Of a DNA stretch of 40,370 nucleotides, positions 18,418-25,216 are shown piece by piece. The position numbers and the translations under genes are program-made. Under the pieces are notes generated by a model. It did not search any database, was not told the DNA's origin, and saw nothing but the letters and a program-made list of their open reading frames with translations. Source of the stretch: a virus; IMG/VR virus record IMGVR_UViG_3300019458_000016, positions 1-40,370 of that record; one strand, 5' to 3'. Every line of letters begins with the position of its first letter. Position 1 is the stretch's first letter.

Positions 18418-18446
18418 TTAAATGGCATTTTAGAGCTACTAATGAC

Positions 18447-18707
18447 TTATTTTCTATTAATCTCTTTAACAGTCTGACTACATTTCTCCAATTCCATTTC
18501 GGTAGTAAGAACATAGGCAAATAATTGTCTCATTTCCTCTACCGATAAACAGATAAACCGATCGTTTGATACACGAATTAATTGACAGTCTTTAAATACA
18601 AGGTTAGGTCTGACCGGAATAACAGGTTCAGGAAATAAGACTTTAGGTGTAACACAGCCAACTAATAACATAAAACTTACAGTTAATGTAAGGTATTTGT
18701 ATTTCAT
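18447..18707 (-). CDS. Lipoprotein, o-spanin-like (putative)
   Basis: Signal peptide plus lipobox MLLVGC, then the proline-rich VTPKVLFPEPVIPVRPNL. Confidence 0.6.
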   Translation of the reverse strand: MKYKYLTLTVSFMLLVGCVTPKVLFPEPVIPVRPNLVFKDCQLIRVSNDRFICLSVEEMRQLFAYVLTTEMELEKCSQTVKEINRK

Positions 18708-18922
18708 TTTCTATTACTCCTACATTCAGGACTACAATATTTAATTCGTGGTAAGCTCATACCAGCAACAGTTAAATCTGGATTCTCTATATCAAATTTA
18801 CCTTTTTTAAGTCTTTTAGCAATAATCTCTTTTATATGATAGGTTTTAAAGAAGATAGTTTTACAAACTTTACAAACATAACCTAACTCTATGGGTTTTG
18901 TAAGATCAAGAGTTTCTTGCAT
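18704..18922 (-). CDS. Zn-ribbon protein (72 aa)
   Basis: CKVCK ... CSPEC form two CxxC pairs. 4-nt overlap with the downstream gene. Confidence 0.65.
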   Translation of the reverse strand: MQETLDLTKPIELGYVCKVCKTIFFKTYHIKEIIAKRLKKGKFDIENPDLTVAGMSLPRIKYCSPECRSNRK

Positions 18923-18924
18923 TT

Positions 18925-19122
18925 TTAAATTAGATTTTCATAAAAATGTATCTGTTTTTTTGCTATATTTAATGTAGCCTCAGCTATCCAGTAACTAATC
19001 TCAGGCCAATTAACATCTTTAGCTTTCCAAATCTTTTTCTCACATACTAGACATTGAAATATAACTGTACTATTCCCTGAATCATTGGGTATCCTATGCC
19101 ATTTATGTCTACGATCTAACAT
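18925..19122 (-). CDS. Hypothetical protein (65 aa)
   Basis: ORF in the operon with tight spacing. It has a single CLVC motif. Confidence 0.6.
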   Translation of the reverse strand: MLDRRHKWHRIPNDSGNSTVIFQCLVCEKKIWKAKDVNWPEISYWIAEATLNIAKKQIHFYENLI

Positions 19123-19131
19123 GAATGATCC

Positions 19132-19359
19132 TCATATTTGAGAAAAATATCTCCCTAGACGTTCTCTCCTAAAATATACTTCAAATTCAGGGTTTTTTAA
19201 ATCTTCTTTTAATCGGGCTTGTAAGGTATGTACTTCCATTTTAACAGTTTGTTCAACTCTAAGCATTGTTAACCAAGTTTGGAAAAACAATCTGTTTTTA
19301 ATAGTGTTCTCCTTTTCCCCATTCATCATTAAAGTCCTTTGCTGATTCTGCCCTATCAC
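19132..19359 (-). CDS. Hypothetical protein (up to 75 aa; start uncertain)
   Basis: The ORF overlaps the end of 19298..19573. Internal Met codons at 19329/19326 are alternative starts. Confidence 0.45.
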   Translation of the reverse strand: MIGQNQQRTLMMNGEKENTIKNRLFFQTWLTMLRVEQTVKMEVHTLQARLKEDLKNPEFEVYFRRERLGRYFSQI

Positions 19360-19573
19360 TTGTTTTAAACTTCTCTGTATAATCTTTTTCTATTTCTTGG
19401 TGCTTTTCTTGTATTTTTTCCTTTTTCCTTCTTCCCTGTACTTCTGCTTCTAACCTTCTTGTTTTTGCTTTCATCAATTCTAAACGCAGATAAACCAGAA
19501 CCAGTAGTCCTGCTCCCAAAATCCATTTCCAAAACTTCCTCACCAATTCCATAATTACGAAAGAACTGAACAT
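19298..19573 (-). CDS. Membrane-anchored coiled-coil protein, i-spanin-like (putative)
   Basis: SD AAGGTGAG lies 6 nt before the ATG. N-terminal TM segment FWKWILGAGLLVLVYL is followed by the charged coiled coil LELMKAKTRRLEAEVQGRRKKEKIQEKHQEIEK. Confidence 0.5.
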   Translation of the reverse strand: MFSSFVIMELVRKFWKWILGAGLLVLVYLRLELMKAKTRRLEAEVQGRRKKEKIQEKHQEIEKDYTEKFKTSDRAESAKDFNDEWGKGEHY

Positions 19574-19892
19574 ATTTTCTCACCTTCTCTACTAATTGTT
19601 GATTAATTGTGTTTAATTGTGATAATTCTTTCTCTTGCTTTTCAATAATTTCAATTGCATTTTCAATAGTAGCTTGATAACAAATATGAGCCTCATTAGC
19701 TACAAGAGACATATTATAGTTATATTTCCAAGTAGGTAGGACAGTCCAGCGTATCCATCTGTGTAATATATGTTTAAAATGCCTAAACCTCATGCTCAGA
19801 GCTATATGAAATTCTTCCGGTATTTTAATGTATTTTTTCATTACCAAATACCACACTATTTTGTCCTTTAATGAACCCCTCTTGGAGACCAT
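19365..19892 (-). CDS. Hypothetical protein (175 aa; possible start at 19841)
   Basis: The N-terminal two thirds look protein-like (..ATIENAIEIIEKQEKELSQLNTINQQLVEKVRKY). The last ~70 aa are K/R-rich and overlap 19298..19573 out of frame. Confidence 0.5.
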   Translation of the reverse strand: MVSKRGSLKDKIVWYLVMKKYIKIPEEFHIALSMRFRHFKHILHRWIRWTVLPTWKYNYNMSLVANEAHICYQATIENAIEIIEKQEKELSQLNTINQQLVEKVRKYVQFFRNYGIGEEVLEMDFGSRTTGSGLSAFRIDESKNKKVRSRSTGKKEKGKNTRKAPRNRKRLYREV

Positions 19893-20079
19893 CTATATAC
19901 AACCCTTCTAGTTTAGCTATGTGTTGCCAAAGGTCTATTAAAACCTCATTAATTCCATTAGGCCAAACGGACGTATCTGCAAAATGTGTTCCTAGTCGGA
20001 TAGTCAAGTCGTTGATTAAATCTTTAGTAGTTTTTAAATTAATCTCACCTGTAGATGTTTCTTTAGTATTAATTGTCAT
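19825..20079 (-). CDS. Hypothetical protein (84 aa)
   Basis: ORF coupled to the upstream gene by a 1-nt overlap at 20079. Confidence 0.6.
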   Translation of the reverse strand: MTINTKETSTGEINLKTTKDLINDLTIRLGTHFADTSVWPNGINEVLIDLWQHIAKLEGLYIDGLQEGFIKGQNSVVFGNEKIH

Positions 20080-20321
20080 TATTTTCCTCTAAAAGCACTT
20101 ACAATCTCTTTAAACTCTTTTAGTCCTAATATAGATGCAGCTAAACAAACAAAAGGCCACGGGCCTAAACCATCAAACCAATAAAGAGCTACTAAAGCTG
20201 ATAATACTAAATTTTTAAAACTTGTTAATTCACAAAATAGATGTTTAAATCTATTATTCAAAACATCTATCCAATTAAGTTCATAATTTCTAGAATTTTC
20301 TAATGCTTTCATTCTACTCAT
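20079..20321 (-). CDS. Two-hydrophobic-segment small protein, holin-like (putative)
   Basis: The segments LVLSALVALYWF and WPFVCLAASILGL are separated by DGLGP, with a charged C-terminus. Confidence 0.4.
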   Translation of the reverse strand: MSRMKALENSRNYELNWIDVLNNRFKHLFCELTSFKNLVLSALVALYWFDGLGPWPFVCLAASILGLKEFKEIVSAFRGK

Positions 20322-20325
20322 TGGT

Positions 20326-20496
20326 CTAATCCCATCTTCTACTTCCTACTAAAAATGGCACTTCTCTGTCAGAATTAAATGTATATGATACAGCAGAATC
20401 AGGAATCCAGATAACTCCATTAGTCCCATCAATCTTTTCAGTTATTATACATTCTCTTGACAATCTGGGAATTTTAGCAAATGTTTTAAATTCCAT
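20326..20496 (-). pseudogene. N-terminal remnant (56 aa) of an RNA-ligase-type nucleotidyltransferase
   Basis: My own translation is MEFKTFAKIPRLSRECIITEKIDGTNGVIWIPDSAVSYTFNSDREVPFLVGSRRWD*. It contains motif I KxDGxN (EKIDGTN) and the downstream GSR.RW-type motif, then stops. Full-length enzymes are about 300 aa. Confidence 0.5.
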
Positions 20497-20498
20497 AT

Positions 20499-20666
20499 TT
20501 AATATTTCTTATCCTTTGCATCACCACCTATTTCAATGCAAATATATACACTACCTACTTTATGAATTTTACCATGCAAACATTCTCTATTCTGTTTCCA
20601 CACATCAGGTTTAGTAGCACAACCCAGCAAAATAAGGATAAATGATAATAAAATAAAGCTTCTCAT
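20499..20666 (-). CDS. Small lipoprotein (55 aa), below the ORF-track cutoff
   Basis: My own translation is MRSFILLSFILILLGCATKPDVWKQNRECLHGK..., a signal peptide with lipobox LLGC. It ends 2 nt before the next start. Confidence 0.55.
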   Translation of the reverse strand: MRSFILLSFILILLGCATKPDVWKQNRECLHGKIHKVGSVYICIEIGGDAKDKKY

Positions 20667-20771
20667 TCCTTTACCATCTTCCCATGACCTTTGGAATTAT
20701 ACACTTTAACTGTGTTACGTTTACCTGCAATAGACTTTTTCTGATCTTCTTCCATAGTCTTAGGATGGCTT

Positions 20772-20957
20772 TTATGAATGTTTCTTATTAGTTTTCCTAG
20801 TCCTTTTCCGCTCATATGTAGTCCTCACTCTTTTTACACCTAAATCATAAAATATATCAGAAGAAACTAACCATAATATGTTGTTTAAAGCAATCTTAGT
20901 CCCAAAAAGATGTTGATGTTCTTCAAACATTTTAACTACATGATTATTTAACTTCAT
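20772..20957 (-). CDS. Hypothetical protein (61 aa)
   Basis: ORF overlapping the upstream gene by 14 nt, with a basic C-terminus. Confidence 0.55.
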   Translation of the reverse strand: MKLNNHVVKMFEEHQHLFGTKIALNNILWLVSSDIFYDLGVKRVRTTYERKRTRKTNKKHS

Positions 20958-21321
20958 ATCTCTCCTTCTTTTTCATATAAAGGTCTAATAATTCTGCTGC
21001 CTTTCCTTTTAATGGTCTATCATCAATTAAATTATTAGTCGTTATAGCATCAATTAATACTCCTAAACAGGCTTTGGCATGAGCTAAATGTGGTTTCCCA
21101 CTATCAGATGCAACATCTTCACCATCTTGCCAGGCTAAAATATGTCTCAATAAAGCTGCTATATATATAGAACCAATTACTTTATTAGCTCTCCAATTAT
21201 AAGGCCCATATTTCTTTGCCCCCTCTTCAAAAGCTATAGCTTCATAAATGATAGAAGAAGGAGGGACTAAATTAAGTTGTACTTTTTTAATTCCTAATAA
21301 ATCTTTAGGGTTAGTAGACAT
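20944..21321 (-). CDS. dATP/dGTP diphosphohydrolase-like protein (DUF5664-type)
   Basis: NPKDLLGIKKVQLNLVPPSSIIYEAIAFEEGAKKYGPYNWR...LLRHILAWQDGEDVASDSGKPHLAHAKACLGVL matches my recollection of the family pattern (K..l.LiPp...l..Ga.KYg..NW...RH..aw..GEd.d..sG..HLaHa). Confidence 0.7.
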   Translation of the reverse strand: MSTNPKDLLGIKKVQLNLVPPSSIIYEAIAFEEGAKKYGPYNWRANKVIGSIYIAALLRHILAWQDGEDVASDSGKPHLAHAKACLGVLIDAITTNNLIDDRPLKGKAAELLDLYMKKKERYEVK

Positions 21322-21400
21322 TAGAATCTCTTTCTTAATTTATATTTTCCATTATATTCAATTAACTCCCATCCATTTTCTAAAAACTTTTTAACTATAA

Positions 21401-21685
21401 TCATCTATATCCACCAGGGTTAAAAGAATTGCCCGACTTGTCTCTAAAAAATCCTGGTATGGCACTATCTACTTTTTCCACCATTTTTTCAAGATCAATA
21501 CTTAATTCTAAATAAGGAAATGTAGGATTTTTAATCAATAAGCCTATTGTACGCAACTGACCTAGTAATGTATCAAGAGCAGATACTTCTTCAAAATTAA
21601 AATTAAATTCTTCTCTAGTATCGCCATTTTTAAAAGTAAAAACATATTGATTATCTGTATATCTAACTGTTAATGTTTTAGCCAT
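21401..21685 (-). CDS. Hypothetical protein (94 aa)
   Basis: SD AAGGGGGG upstream of the ATG. No recognisable domain. Confidence 0.7.
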   Translation of the reverse strand: MAKTLTVRYTDNQYVFTFKNGDTREEFNFNFEEVSALDTLLGQLRTIGLLIKNPTFPYLELSIDLEKMVEKVDSAIPGFFRDKSGNSFNPGGYR

Positions 21686-21686
21686 T

Positions 21687-21836
21687 CTAAATTGCCCCCC
21701 TTATGGTGCTATAAATAAAGTTGACAATAGCATATAATACAAAAATTATAGCTAATCTATATTCCCCTAATTGTGTATACTCTATTGCTGCTAGAATATA
21801 CATTATCCCTGCTAATATTAATGCTGGTGTAATCAT
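21687..21836 (-). CDS. Small two-TM membrane protein (49 aa), below the ORF-track cutoff
   Basis: My own translation is MITPALILAGIMYILAAIEYTQLGEYRLAIIFVLYAIVNFIYSTIRGAI. ATGA overlap with the upstream stop. Its own stop lies 1 nt before the next ATG. Confidence 0.55.
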   Translation of the reverse strand: MITPALILAGIMYILAAIEYTQLGEYRLAIIFVLYAIVNFIYSTIRGAI

Positions 21837-22027
21837 ATTTCCTTCCAATAATATCTCGATTCTATATCTGTCATACGGAAAATATAATCTTCCGCTTCCT
21901 TTCTTGAATTAAACGATAACATTGAATAAGTATATCCGCCTTTACACCATATCCAAAAGAAACAAAATCTTTGCTTTACAGCATACTCTTGTAAATATTC
22001 GTTGTAAAAAATCTTGTATTTATTCAT
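21833..22027 (-). CDS. Hypothetical protein (64 aa)
   Basis: ORF with a 4-nt overlap with the upstream gene. Confidence 0.65.
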   Translation of the reverse strand: MNKYKIFYNEYLQEYAVKQRFCFFWIWCKGGYTYSMLSFNSRKEAEDYIFRMTDIESRYYWKEI

Positions 22028-22431
22028 AAAGAAGCATCCTTTAAATCATATGTTTTATATTTAGTTTCTAATGTATTAAAACATTGTTCCCAAGTTTCAA
22101 ATACTTGATCAGCCAAATGGTGAAATATATGTTTCGGTTTCCCTACAACCCAAACTAATTTATAATGGAAATGTCCTAACGCTAAGCCTAGTTCTACTGA
22201 TTTTCCAGTGGATATATTTTCAGAATCCATAATAAATAGATCAGCAGATAATACTTCGGCCCTATCTTTTTCTGCTAGTTTTCGCTTCCATTCATATTCT
22301 GACAAAAAATCAGATTTTATTGTTTCATCTAACCAAGTAGAAACGACATTATGTCCTAATGACCATAGTTTGTCTCTAACTGGCCTCATTTTAACTCTAT
22401 TTGTAAAACTAGCACTAAGATATATTTTCAT
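22024..22431 (-). CDS. Nucleoside 2-deoxyribosyltransferase-like protein
   Basis: MKIYLSASFTNR...STGKSVELGLALGH..KLVWVVG fits the Nuc_deoxyrib_tr pattern (kiYlAG...G...E.G.A). The ATG at 22431 has SD AGAGGA. The ORF is open back to 22449. Confidence 0.7.
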   Translation of the reverse strand: MKIYLSASFTNRVKMRPVRDKLWSLGHNVVSTWLDETIKSDFLSEYEWKRKLAEKDRAEVLSADLFIMDSENISTGKSVELGLALGHFHYKLVWVVGKPKHIFHHLADQVFETWEQCFNTLETKYKTYDLKDASL

Positions 22432-22441
22432 TCTATATCCT

Positions 22442-22651
22442 CTATTCAAACGTTACTTTAAATCTCTTGCCATTTATATATTTGTAATATAGTCTTTTAA
22501 CAGCTTTATTTAAATCATCGAAATCAGTAAACTCATCTAAAGTTTCCCCATCACGTTCAAATCTTCCAGACCCATCACTGTAAATAACAATATTAACAAA
22601 ACTATCTCCCAATTTATTTTCAAGTAATTCTAAAAATTTTGTTATCTTCAT
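22442..22651 (-). CDS. Hypothetical protein (69 aa)
   Basis: ORF with a 4-nt overlap with the MazG-like gene. Confidence 0.7.
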   Translation of the reverse strand: MKITKFLELLENKLGDSFVNIVIYSDGSGRFERDGETLDEFTDFDDLNKAVKRLYYKYINGKRFKVTFE

Positions 22652-22983
22652 TTTCCATACCTTTTTTGTAATTTAACAATATTTGCTTCTGCAATTTCAT
22701 TTAATTTTAATCCACATTCAGTAGCTAATTGAGATAAGTACCAAAGTACATCTCCTAATTCATATTTAAGTTTTTCACGATCTACAGGGGAATCCGATCT
22801 TACTGCTTTTTTAATTAATTCTACTACTTCACCAGTTTCGCCAGCTAAGCCCAATACAGGATAAATATATGAACAACGGCCCTTGTCTCCAAATCCAAAA
22901 AAATCTTCATTATAAAAACTACTGTATAGACTAGGATATTGTGCAGTTTTTTTTGATTTTTTTTGATATTGCTCAAAATTCAT
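22648..22983 (-). CDS. MazG-like nucleotide pyrophosphohydrolase
   Basis: LAGETGEVVELIKK ... KYELGDVLWYLSQLATECGLKLNEIAEANIVKLQKRY gives the EXXE...EXXD all-alpha NTP-PPase signature. SD GGAG upstream. Confidence 0.8.
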   Translation of the reverse strand: MNFEQYQKKSKKTAQYPSLYSSFYNEDFFGFGDKGRCSYIYPVLGLAGETGEVVELIKKAVRSDSPVDREKLKYELGDVLWYLSQLATECGLKLNEIAEANIVKLQKRYGK

Positions 22984-23071
22984 TTTATCTCCTTATTCTG
23001 AATCCTTTAAAATAAAAAACATCCATACTAAACTTGTAATCCAATAAATTAATATACAGGCAATGATAAAA

Positions 23072-23614
23072 TTATCCAAGTAATTCCTTTCTTAGTTGTT
23101 CTAATCTAGCTAACCATCCTTTTAAAAATACTTTATTTTTACTAATTGATCGAACTAGAGAATAATAAACTGATTCTCGTTGTCTTAAATACCGTTCAAT
23201 AAGACTATTTTCTCCTGTTTGTTTTAATTCCTCATTAAATGCTATCAATGTCTTAGGCCCAAATTTACCATCCACAGGAGTACAAACAATTTTTTGTAAT
23301 ATTCTAATTGCCATAGTTACACCATGATTTATTGCTGCATCAAAATGAACAATAGCTAATTTTTCTGATAATTTATCTGCCCCAGAAGGATACCAATAAT
23401 CACGTTTATATATCGCTTTGGCTTCTTCTACTGTTAGATTCGGTATATCAATATCAGGATATGCTTTAGATGAAATACCATATTTAGTTTCTCCACCAGA
23501 ATCATGGGGATGGTTTGAATAACCACCTTCAAATTTTAAACTAGCTGCTACTGCTTTTTCAAAATTCATACACATCCCCAATATGAGTAGGATGATTACA
23601 CAAAATCTTTTCAT
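23072..23614 (-). CDS. Endolysin: GH108-type muramidase with a PG_binding_3-like C-terminus and an N-terminal signal or SAR segment
   Basis: FEGGYSNHPHDSGGETKYGIS is the GH108 signature and PVDGKFGPKTLIAF is the PG-binding signature. The N-terminus MKRFCVIILLILGMCMNF is hydrophobic. SD GAGAGGAAAG. Confidence 0.85.
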   Translation of the reverse strand: MKRFCVIILLILGMCMNFEKAVAASLKFEGGYSNHPHDSGGETKYGISSKAYPDIDIPNLTVEEAKAIYKRDYWYPSGADKLSEKLAIVHFDAAINHGVTMAIRILQKIVCTPVDGKFGPKTLIAFNEELKQTGENSLIERYLRQRESVYYSLVRSISKNKVFLKGWLARLEQLRKELLG

Positions 23615-23676
23615 ATATTTTAGACTTTCCTCTCCCTATATGTCCATTAAGGACACCCTCATATCGCCTCATCATC

Positions 23677-24072
23677 TTACTCATTGTACACAAATCCTGA
23701 CATTTTCAGTCTAGTCCTCAATATCTTTTCCATTTCAGGAAAAGGTTTTAAAAATTCTACTAATTTACTAAATTCTTTTCCAGTAAGGTTGCCTTTAAAT
23801 AAGTTACAATCAAGATCAATTATATCCAAATTATCTAATTCATTTGTCCCATTTCTGCTTAATGCGATATTATGATCAATAGAAAATGATCCAACTGTAA
23901 TGGGTTTCTTACAATATTTACATCTATTACAGATAGAATCTATAATTTTATTTTTTAGTTGTTCCTTCCACTCTTTAGTTACTTCTAGTTTCTTTTTCTT
24001 TCTGTTACATAAATTCCATATAGCCTTACTGATTCTGACATTTAACGTCTGCTGTTTTTTCTGTTTTCTCAT
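23677..24072 (-). CDS. HNH endonuclease
   Basis: CNRCKYCKK ... FSIDHNIALSRNGTNELDNLDIIDLDCNLFKG gives Cys pairs plus the H-N-N/H core. Confidence 0.8.
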   Translation of the reverse strand: MRKQKKQQTLNVRISKAIWNLCNRKKKKLEVTKEWKEQLKNKIIDSICNRCKYCKKPITVGSFSIDHNIALSRNGTNELDNLDIIDLDCNLFKGNLTGKEFSKLVEFLKPFPEMEKILRTRLKMSGFVYNE

Positions 24073-24820
24073 TTGTCGGCCACACCAAACTTTGTATGTT
24101 GTTATCTATTGTTTGTTGATCGCCAAAGCACCATAAATTACTAAACGTACAACCTTTACAAAAATGCTTATATTCAGCTGAATCTATAGCATATGGTTCC
24201 GGCAACAGTCTATTATCAAAACTTTCTTTTACTGAATCCCACCAATCTGTAACTTCTTGTACTAATTCAGGAGTAACATCTATCCAAAAAGACCTTCTTC
24301 CTTTATAATCCAAATCCTTTGCGATATATAATATCTTTACCTTGTCAATAGGATACTTGTTATTGATAATGAAGTATGTTATTTCCTGGTAAATATTGTG
24401 CTTGTGTGGCCTCTTTTCTTTTACGATATATCGCCAGAATGATCCAGGGTTGATAGATTTAATACTATAAAGAACATTTAATCCATTATCGTCTCTGACT
24501 ATTACATCTATTGCGCCATGAATAAAATCATGACCACTTAAAAAAGTTTCACAAGCTACTACTTTGCCTGATCCTTTTACAAGATTTTCAATAGCTTCAT
24601 GTATAATCTGTCCTAACCAGAATATCCATTTCTGATTTTCAGTATGTTCTTCTTCCTCAGCATTTAATCTATTTAGAATAGTAGCTCTTTTACAGTATCC
24701 GGCATTACTAGCACTAAACTTGGTTTTTGTTTTTCTTTTATTACGTCTTGCCTGATATGCTTTATCTATCTCTACATCTATTAACCATTCGAGAAGATCA
24801 TATTTTTTAATTTCAGCCAT
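24026..24820 (-). CDS. Cas4-like PD-(D/E)XK nuclease with a Cys cluster
   Basis: Motifs seen are FSASNAGYCKRA (N-terminal Cys), GQIIHEAIE, GAIDVIV...LYSIKS, QEITY and the C-terminal CKGCTFSNLWC. The residue in the (D/E)xK slot reads Ser. Confidence 0.7.
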   Translation of the reverse strand: MAEIKKYDLLEWLIDVEIDKAYQARRNKRKTKTKFSASNAGYCKRATILNRLNAEEEEHTENQKWIFWLGQIIHEAIENLVKGSGKVVACETFLSGHDFIHGAIDVIVRDDNGLNVLYSIKSINPGSFWRYIVKEKRPHKHNIYQEITYFIINNKYPIDKVKILYIAKDLDYKGRRSFWIDVTPELVQEVTDWWDSVKESFDNRLLPEPYAIDSAEYKHFCKGCTFSNLWCFGDQQTIDNNIQSLVWPTNEKTEKTADVKCQNQ

Positions 24821-25059
24821 TAATATACGTCTCCATTTTCTTTAATCTTTTCATCTTCATAAACTGCTACTGCACGTCTATAAAACTCCAATTTACAAGA
24901 TTCCAAAACACCTATTAATTTATTAAAATCCTTGTATCTTTTGGGTTCTGTTGCTAGTAATATTGAAGTTATTGTCCAATTTAAAATTCCTGGATCAGTT
25001 TCATTATTTAATTCAGATAATAGTGGAAATACTTTTTCTTCTCTTTTAATATATGGCAT
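24820..25059 (-). CDS. Hypothetical protein (79 aa)
   Basis: ORF with a 1-nt overlap with the nuclease gene. The C-terminus is ...LESCKLEFYRRAVAVYEDEKIKENGDVY. Confidence 0.7.
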   Translation of the reverse strand: MPYIKREEKVFPLLSELNNETDPGILNWTITSILLATEPKRYKDFNKLIGVLESCKLEFYRRAVAVYEDEKIKENGDVY

Positions 25060-25081
25060 TTACTTCTACCTTTAAAATTTT

Positions 25082-25213
25082 AATTGGATGACTGTATGTT
25101 GGAGATTTATCGGATCATTTCCTATCCGTACTCCCGCCATATACCCCACAGTTAGGTAGGTGCTCTATCCGTTTACAAAAGCAGATTGCATCCCGTTTTA
25201 GCACCATCCAATT
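25082..25213. ncRNA. Candidate structured RNA/DNA element (three-way junction); strand undetermined
   Basis: Closing helix AATTGGATG (25082..25090) / CATCCAATT (25205..25213). Arm B: ACTGT (25091..25095) / ACAGT (25148..25152) enclosing GGAG/CTCC and CGGAT/ATCCG. Arm A: GTGCT (25160..25164) / AGCAC (25200..25204). The element fills the whole 157-nt intergenic gap. Confidence 0.4.
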
Positions 25214-25216
25214 TGA

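Noticed and set aside
23558-23684. About 42-aa minus-strand ORF starting at 23684 and bridging the HNH stop and the endolysin start
   Set aside because: It overlaps both neighbours out of frame and contains the endolysin's SD, and it has no SD of its own. It is likely spurious.
25082-25213. Reading the structured intergenic element as a tRNA or tRNA-like gene
   Set aside because: There is no T-loop (TTCRA), no 7-bp acceptor stem with a 3' discriminator, and no 7-nt anticodon loop in the proper register on either strand. It is kept only as an unclassified structured element.
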